From: Eledone cirrhosa
Lineage: Eukaryota
Length of the DNA stretch: 64,000 nt
Direction of reading: 5' to 3'
NCBI GenBank assembly: GCA_964016885.1
Contig: OZ024740.1
Location: 183,892,001-183,956,000, forward strand
The notes beneath the pieces are model-generated. The model saw only the letters and a list, made by a program, of their open reading frames with translations. It ran no database searches and had not been told where the DNA came from. Positions 1 to 13,455 of this stretch are shown here, piece by piece (the stretch's first letter is position 1; each line of letters opens with the position of its first letter). The position numbers were made by a program, and so were the translations under genes.

Positions 1-1521
1 ACGATAAGTGTATCATGAAACTAATTCGCATTATAAATGATTTTTTTTTTATTATTACCATTTGTTACTTTTATACAAAGCCAAACTATGGGGGGGAACT
101 AATGTAATAATATTCTGTGCCAAGAAAATAAAAGTCTTTATCAAAGAAAGATCTCAGCTTGATGTCAAATTGTAAGAATAAACATCAATGCGATGGAAAT
201 TTTCCAATGAATCATTGTCTTAGATATCAGTTTAACGTTTGGCATGCCATCATGAAAGCTGCTAGCAATTTGAACGTCTCTAAAATTTAAAATTGTAGAG
301 CCGAAAATATTAACATTTAAATAAACCTGTTGTTTCTTACATAAAGTCGGCTTAGTCTCTGAAGTTTTCTTTCTTTCATATTGCAGCAGTTTACCATAAA
401 TATCATGAAACGTTTTCTCCTAGTTTTTCTGCAGTTTACGATAAACGAACCGTACGATAAAATAAAACAGGTACAATATATTAAATCCTCTATTTTCCAT
501 TTATTAATAGAGACAAAAAAGAATATTTTCTTATTTCCGATCCGTTTATTTGCCTTTTCTCATAATTGAAATCTGACCAAATGCTTTTTGCCTTGAATAA
601 AATATATTATACTTTCTATCCATGTATATATTATATATACATATATATATATATATATACAAACATGTACATACATGTGCAGAGAGAGAGGGGGAAAAGA
701 AAGAGAGAGAAAGAGATCGATTGCAGAACCAGCAGCAATGATAGCGGTCACGCCTCTTGTCACGCCTCCTGCTGCACACTCGACGTGGAGAAAAATAACT
801 CGACTCATCCCCAGAAGTATATGTTAATGGCTTACGATTCCGTCTTACGATTGCAAATTTTAGTGCCACCATTTCTTCCTGTGAGAAAGAGAGGAAAGTA
901 AACGATGGAGTAGAGTGGCAGAATATCGTAGATGAATAAAAGGAAGAAAACAGAAGCGAATTGTTGATTGAAAACAAAAGGTGTGCACCATATATGGGAC
1001 AAAATGGCACTGATATTTGAATTGGGTGCTCGGAAATCTAAAATCAATCTCAATGTAATCTATGAGTAAAAGGAATTCCGTCACAGTTTATGAGACATGA
1101 AAATGAGGGGATGAGACCAGGACATTGTAAAACAATAGAACACGTTTTCTTTGGCCTTGTCCAACGCAAAACATCTCACGGGTACCTTCGGATACACTTA
1201 CTGCCAATATGAAGAGGGTTTGCTCTGACCAAACCGAGATAAAGAGAATCTCAATGGTGTTTGGGTATGTTGCCCTTATTTTGAATTAGTATTTATTCAT
1301 TTACATATATTTGTATATTTATATTTGTCTATATATTTTCTGTTAATAAAATGTTCAGAATATTTATATGATGTATAGGACTTTTCATTTTTCCTCCCTT
1401 TTTCTATGAACTTGTGCCCCACCTACAAGATTTCTAAAACAAATGTAAACACGCATATGGATTGTATATATGAAATATACTTAGTGGCAATAATAAAGAA
1501 ATTATTACCATTACTATTATT

Positions 1522-1770
1522 GTAGATAGGAGGTGGAAAATTGGTGGTCAAGGTGACTGACGCTTTTTATGAGCTTTCTCTACGAGTGACCCTAAGAGGT
1601 CTCCCGCCCTATTGGGAAGTTTCTTTTGTTACTTCCTTTGTTATGGTTTTTTTTCTTTACACAAAGAAATGCCCATTTGTACAGCCCTGTATCATCTTGG
1701 GCTGTCTGCAATGTTATACTTTATGTCAACCCTTGTGGTTAAAACCGAAAGCATTATTATTATTATTATT
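1522..1770 (+). mobile_element. 3'-UTR stub of a Tx1/L1-type non-LTR retrotransposon with (ATT)n tail
   Basis: Similar to the 3' UTR at 18405-18686: CCCTATTGGG, ACCCTTGTGGTTAA..GAAAGC, then ATTATTATT. Confidence 0.75.
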
Positions 1771-1977
1771 GGTCTAAGCGGACGTATTTTGCTCGCTCAG
1801 AGTAAGTCGCTTTATTTGCCTGTTAAAATTATTTGTTGTTAAATATTTCTTGTTGTGTAAGGGATATAAGCCCTTAGACTTTGCCCCGTGAAGGGTAAAG
1901 TATAATATTTGGGCCTTTTGGCCCAAATAGTTGAACTTTTTTTTTACATGTTAAAACATTTACGAAGAAAAAAAAAC

Positions 1978-3930
1978 ATGGCTGAGCCACGCACACAGCG
2001 ATATGTCGGCTGTCGTGCGACAACGACGTAGAAGTTGAGAGGAGCGCTACAGCGAAATTAACACACATTGATGACAAAAACACCACAAACAAGGTAAACA
2101 AAGACACCAATGATACAAATAAGAACTCTAACTTTGAAAAAAATGACAGTAACAGCGACAAGAAAAATGCAGATAACAAAAAAAGAAATAATAAATACAA
2201 CAACAATATCAACACCACTAACATGAAAACACATAGCGACAACACCAACAGCAACAATACCAACTGCACCGAGAACAACGGTGGCAACACAGACAACAAT
2301 GCTAACAACAACACCAACAAGAACAACGACAACAAAACCCCCAACGAAAACAAGAAGAACACTTTCGCTGCGGCAGTAGCAAAAAAGAGGCCATGCTTCA
2401 ACATGGACCTCTCAAACAAAGATGAAAAGTTGGCCCAGGCATGGAAGCTCATCAAGCAAGAGCAAACTTGGGCCAAATTAACTGTCCCGGTAGAAGCTAT
2501 TGAGGCAGTGGAGCGCAGAACGGTTCATTATAGATGCATCTCAGCACAAACCAAAAGGGCAGCTTTAATCCCGCAAGAAGATGTCGAAGTCGCGCTGAGG
2601 TGCATCAGAGAATACACCCAGTACATAGAGAGGGTCAGACAGTACGGCACCATTTCGGTGTTGTTCAATTCAGAAGCCCTCGCTATGAAACACGCTATGA
2701 CTCCTTGCAAAATCAGCAAGGTCATAATGTACCCCTCGCACATGGGAAAAAGAACGGCCCGTCTCCGCATTCCCAGAATCCCACCAGGACTTGACATGTG
2801 GTGGCGTCTGGGATGTGTGATTGTGGAGGGGACGGATACCGTCCCTATAGAAGTGACCAGAACGGCCAGAGAGGACTGGTCCGGGGTTGACCTAGAGATC
2901 CTTCTCCAGATCAGGCGCGAGAATGTGAAGACAATCCTGGACCACATCCGCCTTCAGAATAGGACGGTCATTCACATTATGACCGAAGGCAAAAGACCGC
3001 AATGTTTTGTTTGTGGGGAAAAAACTCATTTGCGAGACTTCTGCCCTCAACTGCTGAAAGAGGCAAGGAGTCGAAAGGCTCCACTGCTGCCGGCGCCGGG
3101 GTGAGGACCACAACCAACACCAGCACCGGAAAAATTACCAATAACAAAACCAATAGAAAGACCACCGCCAACATTGACCACCCAGGGGGGAAACGAGGAA
3201 AGCTGTCAAATTCCCGCTCCCCCCCAACATACACACACCAATAAAACCATAAACATACATACAGACACACTTACAGACACAGATCCCTCATCTGCCAGTA
3301 ATGGAAATGATGGAAATCCGAAATCCCCCAAAACACAAAAAAGGAAACACAAAAAGAAAAAAAAAACTCAACAAAGCACAAAAGCACCCCCATTAAAAAA
3401 CGCAGACACCACCCACGCAAACATATCTCCAATAACACCAACATCAACACCACCATCACCATCACCAGAATCCCCCAGACGCAAACAACCGAAACAGACG
3501 CAAGAACAAATATACACACATACATCTGAAACCACAGACACCGCACTCACAACAAACACAGATACAACCGAAACAACACCACCAAAACCATCACCACCAC
3601 AGCCACGCAAACAAATAAAATCGCACCAACAAAACAGATAAAACTTCATGCTCGTCAGGAGGGCCAACAAGGAACTGATGGCTCTCGTAGCACGAAGTGA
3701 AAATATACAAAAAGAGGGGGAAATTTTGAAATCGAGCACATTTCGCGTGCCGGAAGATTTGGTTCTGGTGCGCATGTTGCTCGACATATTCAAAGAAATA
3801 CAAGGCAGCTTTCCTCGGGACGTGGAAACCCTGAACGCAAAATCCACTTCAAGACTTTTAAAGGGGTTCCCAAAATAAACCCAACTATGGAGATCGAACA
3901 ACCCGACCTTAACAAGAGCCCGGAAGGTAA
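1978..3930 (+). pseudogene. Tx1 ORF1 (gag-like, CCHC knuckle), frameshifted
   Basis: ORF 2223-3104 contains CFVCGEKTHLRDFC (CX2CX4HX4C). N/T-rich N-terminus and T/P/K-rich tail continue in ORFs 3174-3641 and 3648-3878. Confidence 0.8.
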
Positions 3931-3965
3931 GTAAACATTCCTCTCTCTCTGTTTAACCTGCCAAC

Positions 3966-6906
3966 ATGGCCGTATTAAGAGTAGGATGTTTAAATGTTCG
4001 AGGCCTGGGATCGCCTGGAAGCAGGGTCACCTGCTCAACGACCTCAGGTCTATAGAAATGGATGTAATTGCAGTCAGCGAAACCAGGATTTCCGACACGC
4101 GCGCACTAGCCCCCATTTTCAACGAATATAAGATCTTTGCATCTGTTAGTCGGCCGGGAATGGGAGGTGGTGGTGGCACTGCTGTTTAGGATAGGCCTGG
4201 ATCTCGAGGTAAGGTCGATCTTCCGGGATCCGGACGGGAAGTGGGTGGTCCTGAACGTGAACAATAATGAAGGTGGTGCCTTTAGACTGTTGGCCGTCTA
4301 TGCTCTTATTGGGGCAGGACGGCCGGACTTCTTTAGACGCCTGGAAGCCTTTCTGGGTACGTCTCGCCCTTTACTGTTAGTGGGGGACTGGAACGGCATC
4401 CTAGACGCACGCTGGGACTGTGTGGGAGTATCCGATAGGAGCGGGGGGTGCAAAAGCCTCAAGAACCTGATCACCTAGTTCCAACTGTCTGACAGGTACC
4501 GACTAGATTTCCCTAATGCGCCTGTGTGGACCTGGGCTAACCGCATAGGGTCATCTAGATCGTATATATACAGGATATTCATTAGGAAAATAGACAGAAA
4601 TAGTGTAAGCTGTCCACGTTTTGAAATGGTCGCCTATTCAGATCACAAGTTTGAGATCTGTATGGTCGACCTAGATAAGACGCGTAGGTTAGGACCTGGT
4701 TACTGGAAGCTAAACATGTCATTTCCGGCACGTAAGGCTTACAGGGACCAGGTCAACAATTTACTTAAGAAAATGTTGACAGGGGGAATCGTCAACAATA
4801 GATGGTGGGGTGCTCTCAAAAGAGAGATCAGAGTAATATCGATAGAGTTTAGCAAAGAAGTAGCATTAGAGAAAAAGAGAAAGGAGGGGGAGTTGGTAGA
4901 TATCTTAGACGAGGCTATTGGTAGTGGCATTGCAACTGATGTGCTAGCGGCGATAATAGCATTAGACCATTTCTTCAATGCGAAACACGAAGGTTGCATT
5001 GTCAGAGCTAAGGCGCGTGCTCTGAGAAACGAGGGAACCAAAGCTGTTCGATGGGCCCGCGTGGCAGAGGCGCAGCGTGGTAATAAAACCACGATTCGGT
5101 CTTTGACGGACCGAGACGGGCACGAGCTGAGAGATTCCAAGGAAATGTGTGAGGCCTTTCGCCAAACCTTTGGTCGGTTGTTCGGGGGAAGTGGCGGGTC
5201 AGAGATGGTGGCGGACTTCAGTCCCTACCTCGATGGCTTCCCGCAACTCTCGACGGCTGACGCTGGGCGCTGCGAAAGGCCAATTACTTCAGCCGAGATT
5301 CAGGATGCCCTTGTCGGCTGCATTAGGCGCAAGTCACCCGGTTTGGATGGTCTGCCCTATGAGCTTTACGTAAATATGCCAGACTTGTTCTCCAATCTCC
5401 TCGAAGCCCTCTACTGCAACTGGTAGCAAAACGGGAGTATTCCCAGTTCTATGAGCCGGGGCCTAGTGACGCTGATAAGGAAAGACTAGAACAAGAGGGA
5501 CACATTAGACAATTTCAAGCCCATAACTATGCTCAACACAGAGTTTAGGATTTGGGCCAGGGTGTTAGCGAAGAGGTTGGCGCTTGTCGTCGGGGATTTG
5601 GTTGGGGTGGCGCAAACTTGCGCAATCCCAACCAGGTCCATACACGACAACCTCACCTAATGCAATACATCATAGAGAGGGTATGGTGTAAACCTGGCTT
5701 CGGTGGGGCTCTGATCAATTTAGATCAATCGAAAGCATTCGATAGGGTCGACCATCGGTACCTGGAGGCTGTCCTCAAGGCGGCTGGCTTCGGCCCCGTC
5801 TTCAGAATCTGGATCGCTGCAATGCACAGCGGCACCTGCTCGATGGTCAAAATTAATGGCCATCTCTCGGAACCGTTTCAGGTCTTCCGATCGGTCCGTC
5901 AAGGGTGCCCTCTCTCCTCCCTTGGGTACGTATTTACTCTCGAGCCTTTACTGCGGAAGCTGGAGCTGTTGCAGGGCATCCCGCTGGAACCGGGACGCGG
6001 AAAGGCTGTGTCGGCTTATGCGGACGACATCACCGTGATGGTGTCGGACACCTCAGAAACTGAGGTGGTCGCCAACTTATTGGATGAATATGAAAGGTTG
6101 ACGGGAGCAAAACTTAACCCGGAAAAGTCAGTGGGCTTGCAACTTGGCACCTGGAGAGGCAAGTCCATGTCGTCCAACAGCGTCGTTAGGCGCTGTACGG
6201 ATGGAACGGTAAAGTTGCTAGGGGTTTGGTTCGGGCCAGACCTCCAGGTGGATAAGAATTGGGATGAGGTTACGGGCAGGGTCGTCAGTCTCATCCTGAA
6301 ATGGGCTGGGATGAAGCTATCACTGAAAGGTCGGGCGGAGGTGGGGAACGTGTACATCGCGTCCGTCATCTACTACCGTCTGACTGTCGTTCCTTGTCCT
6401 CATTCGCGCCTCGCCATCTTAGAGCGGCTCCTCTTCAAATTCTTGTAGAGGGGTCAGGTTCCGCTGGTGAGGCGGTCCATCTGCTGCCAGCACCCTCTAC
6501 GTGGAGGGCTGCGCATGCCGTGGCTAATGATGCGCAGGCACGCACTGATGCTGCGGCATCTCCAGATATTCTGCCTAAACGGTGAACAGGTGTGGTTGCC
6601 GTTTGCCAGACGGGCCTTTCCGTAGTGAAGATCGACCCGCCGCCTTCTTTTGGCCAGGAAGGGCACGTCATTTTCCTCTGTCTGGTGGCAGTAGCGAAAG
6701 AGGTTGTATGGTGGACGAGGTTGAAAGGACTGCAGACAGACACTTTTCTCTTCGGCCAATCCCTCATCAACTTTTTCAAGTTTCACTTGGAAAGGAAGGT
6801 GAGGGTGGTGAGAGAAGCGCTGCCCCCCAGTACATTTGCTGAAAGGTGGGTGAATGTGGCGAGAATGGCCCGTGTGAGTGGGCCTACTCTGGTCATGCGG
6901 CTGTAG
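3966..6906 (+). pseudogene. Tx1 ORF2: APE endonuclease + reverse transcriptase, disrupted
   Basis: ATG at 3966 reads MAVLRVGCLNVRGL. Motifs GDWNG, SDH, GPGYWKLN, KSPGLDGLP, DQSKAFDRVDH, RQGCPLS, YADDI. Stops and frameshifts present; C-terminal deletion near 6622 relative to element B. Confidence 0.92.
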
Positions 6907-7177
6907 GTAGGTCAATTTTAAGAGGAGAGGGGTGCCCTTCCAGGGTGCTCTCGAAGCGTCGGGTCGTTCAGGACTGGTGGGGTACCTGAGCGAACACTAG
7001 GTGGTCATCCACCCTATTGGGAATTTTTTCTTGTTGTAATTTTATTGTTACTTTATTGTTACTTTGTTATTGTAACTTTGTTATTCATATTGCTTACTCG
7101 ATTTTTCTGTTAAACCCCACTGTCCCAGTCTTTTGTATTGTCCCCTATATGTCGGCCCTTGTGGCCAATAAATGAAA

Positions 7178-7210
<33 letters not shown>

Positions 7211-7211
<1 letters not shown>

Positions 7212-10034
7212 AGTTGCATTGATCTTGCTTTATGTTCATCCGAATTATCACCAAGTCACAACCAGTGACCTCAAGAGACAACATGGTCCGCCATGTTCAA
7301 GAAAGAACACACATACATATTTAGGTGTTTAGACTTGTGATTACTTATATTGACAGAATCTTCCTTAGTATAGGGCAGTCCCCATTCGTACTATCTTTTG
7401 TATTTCTCCTATGTGCGGGTTTCCTGGGATTTGCGATAAGTAATTATTAGACTTCTTAGTTATCATTTCTAGAGCGCCCACAACCACTGGAATTGTTTTA
7501 GTTCTCAACTTCTACATTTTTCCAATTTCTATCTCCAGGTATTTATACTTACTCAATTTTTCAACTGTTTTTATAGATACATACTTGTCTATTGGAATGG
7601 ACATATCAATTAGTAGGCATACCCTCTTTTTAAAGTCCTTCAGTATTATATCAGGTTTATTTGCATCTATTTTTCAGTCTGTTTGGATGCAAAATTGCCA
7701 CAAGATTGAGATATGATCTTTTTCAAGTACGGGAGATGGTTGATTTTCCCACCAATTCTTTTGATGGGGCAGGTCAAAATGCTTACACATTATCGAATGT
7801 ATGTATTGTGCAGCTCTGTCGAGCCTGTTTAGGTATTCGGTTGGAGCTATAGGACTGCACATTGAAATTATATGATCAATAGTCTCTGGTTGCTTTTTAC
7901 ATACACGGCATAATGGGTTGCATCCATGTTTTATTATGTTGGCTTGGTAATTTTTTGTTGGCAGACACTGATCTTGTGCTGATATAATCAGTCCTTCAGT
8001 CTCCGATTTCAGTCCTGTGGATACCAACCACTGATGGGTTAAAGTGTTGTCAACAACAGGATTGTTAGCTCTTTCTGGGTGTGTTCCATACAGAGGCTTG
8101 TCTTGCCATTTCTTAGCCAGTTTCTGTAGCAAGTCTTTCTTTGCAGTTACTTTTACCTGCTTTGCTTTTTCTGTGTTTTTCATTTCAGCAGTAAATGGAA
8201 CTTCTGAAATGTATAGTCCATTACTGTATCTTTGTGCATCTTTTGTAATGGAGTATTATCTTTTGATGCTTTCGTGTTTCAAAACGAGTTTGATCATCCA
8301 ATCATGTGGTTCCTTTATATATGTAGATAATCCAATTGTTGCAGTTTTCAACGCAATATCTAACTGGATTAACCCACGTCCTCCTTCTTTCCTAGGGAGA
8401 TATATTCTATCTGCATCTGCCTTAGGGTGATGCATTCTGTACATGGTTAAGACTTTTCTAATTTGTGTATCGAGCCTACGGATCTCTGTGCTGACATCTC
8501 ACTTGATGACATTTTAACTGTAGGATACTACTGGTATGGCAAGCGTGTTTATGGCATCGATCCTATTCCTTGCATTCAATTCCGTTCTTAAGATTGCTCT
8601 TACTCTGCGGTAACATTCCTTCCTTATCCTTTCCCTCATTATCGAGTGCTTGATTATGTCTCCTTCACAAACACCTAGATAGTTGTAAGTTTCTTCTAGA
8701 TCATGTTCCCCCGATCAAGATTAATGTCTGAACTTTTCAGCAGCTTTCCTCTGGTGAACGTTGCTTTGGCGCATTTATCTACTCCAAACTCCATTTTATT
8801 TTAATGTCATCACTGAACTGCGTCACAGTGGATAATAGCCCTTGCAATTGTTCATCATTTTTTGTAAATAGTTTCAGGTCATCCATGTAGAACAAGTGAT
8901 TAATGGTTTTGTCGTAGACTTTATATCCATGTTTTGTTTCATTGAGCATTTTACTTAATGATATAAGTGCGATGCAGAATAAAAGCGGTGAAAAGAGTCA
9001 CCCTGAAAAGTTCCACAAATGATATTAACTTCTCCAGCTTCCAGTGATCTTTTTTCACTATTCAAAAGGAGTGTCGTTTAACATGTCTTCCTACTGAATG
9101 ACAGGAACCTCCAGGCAACGGGAGACATTTTGAAAATCTCTAAACATTTTTCAATCCAACTGTGGCAAACTATCGAATGCTTTTTTATATTCTATCCAAG
9201 CAATTAATAGATTTTGTGTCTATTATGACAATCTTCCAGTATCATTTTGTTAACCAAAAGCTGATCTTTACAGCCATATGAGCCTCGTTTACACCCTTTC
9301 TGCTCATTAGGAAATAGATTATTTTTATCAGGTGGGCATATGTATATTCAGTTAGGACTGATGTTAAAGTGTTATACATTGTGCAAGTTATCGGTCTGTA
9401 ATTTTAGGGATTGTTTGTCTCATAATTCTTCGGAAGTAGGAATGTAATGCCGTTAACTAGTCAGGATGGTATCTTTTATGGCTCCTTAACTATTTCATTG
9501 TAAAGTTGGGCTAACAGCTCAGGAGACTGTGAAGGCATTTATCCAAACATTTTGTATTTTTTCTTTTCCTGGGGATTTCTATTTGATGGTTTTTCTAAGA
9601 GCCAAACGCAACTGTTCAACTGTTATATTTTCCCATGTTTGTTCCTCAAGGTTAGCTGTATCTTTCATTTGTCTGTCTATCCATGGGGCATGTATATTAG
9701 GAACTTTTTCTTCGGCCCAGATCTTTTCCCAGAATTCTTGCACTTCTTCCTTGGATGGTATTGATTTAGCAATTATAGTTGACTTGCCAATTTTTCTGTA
9801 GACGTTTCTTTGGTTGTTTTTGAACATATTATTGTCCTCATAGAATCTAGATCGTTTTTCTAAGCCTATGTCAGTTGTTGATTGTATACTGTATTTATAC
9901 TGTATTTATACGTATTTATACTGTATTTGCTTTTCAATTTTCTAAGTTTAGTTTGTTTAACATGTTCACCTACTTAAAATTTCTGTCAGATCGGAGAAGG
10001 TTTATTTGGCGATTGATGTTCTGTTTCTAAGTAG

Positions 10035-10035
<1 letters not shown>
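7211..10035 (-). mobile_element. 5'-truncated R4/Dong-type (RLE) non-LTR retrotransposon, family C, degenerate
   Basis: Minus-strand fragments MFKNNQ, RIYLPRKEGGRGL, ETEGLIISAQDQ and CRVCKKQPETIDHIISMC. The 3' end abuts the (ATT)n tract at 7180-7210. Confidence 0.85.
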
Positions 10036-10094
<59 letters not shown>

Positions 10095-12532
10095 GTTCTT
10101 TGAGTCTCAGTCATTGATGTTATTTAACTTGAAAGTTTGTTGAAATGAGTATCAAGCCACTACCTGCAGCCTCAGATATTCAGGATGTATCGGAGGGTTC
10201 TTGTTGTTCCCAGCAAGCATGCCTTTTGAAGCGTTACAAAAAGCGGGGCGGGACCAATTTTTTTTAACCATCACTGGAAACTCTTTGAGATAGTACCTAG
10301 TGAGCCTATGACAATCGGGACCACTTTGACCCCATGGCAGTTCCAAATCCTTTTTACCTCCCATTTTAAGTCCTGGTATCGGTTAATTTTCTCCCCCTCC
10401 TTCTCTTGCACTCCCGTGTCGAATGGGCAGGCCACATCCACAATCAGGCACGATCTTTTTGCCTTGTCCAAAACCACCAGGTCAGGTCTATTGTGTTCCA
10501 GTTTCTTGTCCGTCTGTATCCTAAAATCCCCCAGCACTTTCACATGATCGTTTTCCATCACCGACTCTGGTTTATGCTCATACCACTTCTCAGAATGTGG
10601 TAAATTATTTACTTCGCATAGGTGCCAGTGGATCACCCTGCCCATCCCATCATGTCTCCATCCTTTATAGTGAGTCTAAGCTACGTGTTTACACTGGGAT
10701 ACAATGTGAGCCACAGTCTCCTCTCTCTCTCTCCACAGATCCTACACAGTGGGCTACCCTCCTCCTTGTAAATATGATGTTTCAGACACTTCGTTTTGAG
10801 GGTCTGCTCTTGCGCAGCCATTAGTGTTCCTTCTGTAGCCTTTTTAAGGTTTCCTCTTTTCAACCAGTTCCATGTCTGTGGATCTCTGAATTCAGAAGGC
10901 ACTATGAAGGGATTTTTCATGAAGGTTGCTCTTTCTCCTTGTTGTTATTTTCTCCTCGGACATCCCCTGGCCTATTGTCTTCTCCTTCAGTACAATTCTG
11001 AGCATTGGCTCCCTACTATCAGTCACGTATTTGTGTAGGTTGTTTTTCTCCATCTGAACACAGTCCTCTATGCTGATAAGACATCTTCCACCTTCAGATC
11101 TCCTTAAGTAGAGTCTATCGACATCAGTCCATTTGTGGAACATGTTGTAGATAGTCAATAGCTTCCTAGTCTTCCTATCCATTTTTTTTTATTCAGCAAC
11201 ATTCTATCTCAGAATTCTCGCACTCTACCTAATAATAGACACAGCTCGGGAATTTACTGCACTTATGGCATTCCTACTGCTCAGATGTGACTTTAGTCCG
11301 CTCCTAACTCTCCGAATGTATTCAGATCTTATCAATTCCTTCATTTTTTTTTCTTGATGTCATCAGCCTCCAGAACACCTACACATTTGTATCCCTCTTC
11401 AGCATCAATTTCCTTTATCATCTCACATGTTGGTACCTGGATTCCGTTGCTTCTGCTCAATTTACCCATCTTCATCACAAGTACCCCATACTTACTAATA
11501 CCAAATTGGATACATATATCATTGCTGAAAATACGGACAGTGTCAACAAGCACATCCAACCCCCTCTCACTCTTCCCGAAGAGCTTAAGATCGTCCATGA
11601 AGAGGAGGTGATTGATGGTAATCTGTCCCTTTCCCAACTTGTATCCTGCTCTCACTTTTCGCAGTATAATGGTCAGGGGGATCAGGGCAAGGACAAACAA
11701 CAGAGGGGACAAACTATCTCCCTGGAAGATACCTCTCTTGATCCTCACGCCTCCCAAGGATTCTCCGCCCGATATTAACTCCGTTTTCCAGGACTTCATA
11801 CTTTTGCTCAACAACTGTCTGATGTTATCTGCCACCCTGAAGATCTCTAGGCTTTTGGTAATCCAAGAATGAGGTACCAAGTCGAATGCCTTTGTGTATT
11901 CTATCGATCCCATGGCAAGACCAGTGTGTCTCCTCTTGCAATTCCTCATTACCATCTTATCAATAAGTAACTGGTCCTTTGTACCACGGGACTTCTTTCG
12001 GCATCCTCTCTGTTCGTCCGGTAACAAGTTGTTTATGTGGAGGTGATGGTAGATTTCCTCAGACACAATGCTTGCTAACATTTCCACATTATCGACAGAC
12101 ATGTGATAGGTCTATAGTTGGTAACATCATTACCCTAGGTTCGGTCTTTCATTACCAGAACAGTGGTACCTTTTGTCAACCACTCTGGTACTTCACCTAA
12201 CATCAAGCAGTCATTGAAAGTTGTCGGGTGGAGGGATGTTATATTTTTAATCCAATACCCCTGCACACCACCTGAGCCTGGTGATTTCCAGTTGGTTAGA
12301 TTTCTGGCCTCCCCCTTAAGAGTTTTAACTGTGATACTCAAATAAGTTTGTTGGTGTGCCTGTTCACTAATCTCCTTTTGTACTGTCTCAATCCACACTG
12401 CCTCGTCATTATGTTCAACACCCTGCTCCCATATTCCTCTCCAGAATGCCTTAGTTTTTTCCGCCTCAGTGATCAAGTCGTTGCCTCTTTCTTTCCCTTC
12501 AAGCTCTCCAAACAATATCTTCTGGTTGTTGA
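10095..12532 (-). mobile_element. 5'-truncated R4/Dong-type non-LTR retrotransposon (copy D), frameshifted paralogue of copy E
   Basis: RT motifs GIFQGDSLSPLLF and HLLFMDDLKLF, RLE motif RPDLVV..IVDVACP. 3' end matches 18879 onward and abuts (ATT)n at 10037-10094. Confidence 0.92.
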
Positions 12533-12598
12533 AAACCACACTATCCCAGTCTTTTGTATTGTCCCCTATATGTCGGCCCTTGTGGCCAATAAATGAAA

Positions 12599-12639
<41 letters not shown>

Positions 12640-12660
12640 ATTATTATTATTATTATTATT
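12533..12660 (+). mobile_element. ~68 bp extreme 3' stub of Tx1 family A plus (ATT)n tail
   Basis: Nearly identical to 7112-7179 (TCCCAGTCTTTTGTATTGTCCCCTATATGTCGGCCCTTGTGGCCAATAAATGAAATC). Confidence 0.9.
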
Positions 12661-13455
12661 GGCGACCTACGTAGGAAATCGTATCATCGTGAGCTCCGCA
12701 AATGTTTGTTGTTTTCGTTGGTTTAAAATTGCCATTTATGGAAAATATTTGTTGTTAACTATTTATAAGATCACAAAATTTGCTTTTGGAAAAGGACACT
12801 CAAAAAGATTGGGACCTTAAGCCCAAAATTTAAACTGTTATAATTATCAAACAAAAAGATTTCTTTGTAAAATCAGGGACGAATCAAAGCCACACCTACC
12901 TCACAAACTAACACCTCACTCCGACACCACCATTGTAAATATTACTACGTTTGCCAACACTAAAAGTATAAGCAGACATTCATTTCCCGCCATTACCAAT
13001 GACTGCAGGTGTTGAAGCCGCCACCCCCACCACCACCACCACTGCGACAACAGAAACAAAAGAAGAAAAGAATTATCTAGTGACATCGAAATGGATTCAC
13101 CCAGAATGGACTCTTACACATCGAACACAACTGAAACTAAAAATAACAATAAGAAAAATAACGATAACAACAACAGCAACAATGAGGATAAAAAAACACC
13201 CTGTCTTTTGCCAGAGTAGCAAAAAAGTGCGAAGAAATCCAGGTAACTCAGGAGGAATTAGATGAAGCCAAGATAATGGTAAAGAAAGATGGGTACAGTT
13301 GTTTAAAATTTCCATTTATGGAAAATTGTTATTGTTAACTGTATATAAGTGCACATACATTGATTTCTGAAAAGGACACTAAAAAATATTGAGGCCTTGA
13401 GCCCAAAATTTAAACTTTTTATAATTATCAAAAAAAAAGTTTTCTTTGAAAAATC

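Larger units (their letters stand above)
1771..7210 (+). mobile_element. Near full-length L1/Tx1-clade non-LTR retrotransposon (element A), degenerate, inserted in (ATT)n
   Basis: Starts GG directly after (ATT)n. Has ORF1 with a zinc knuckle, ORF2 with APE endonuclease and RT, and AATAAA followed by an (ATT)n tail. Confidence 0.92.

Noticed and set aside
1874-2476. Hydrophobic 200-aa minus-strand ORF resembling a membrane protein
   Set aside because: It is the antisense of the AAC-rich ORF1 N-terminus of Tx1 element A.
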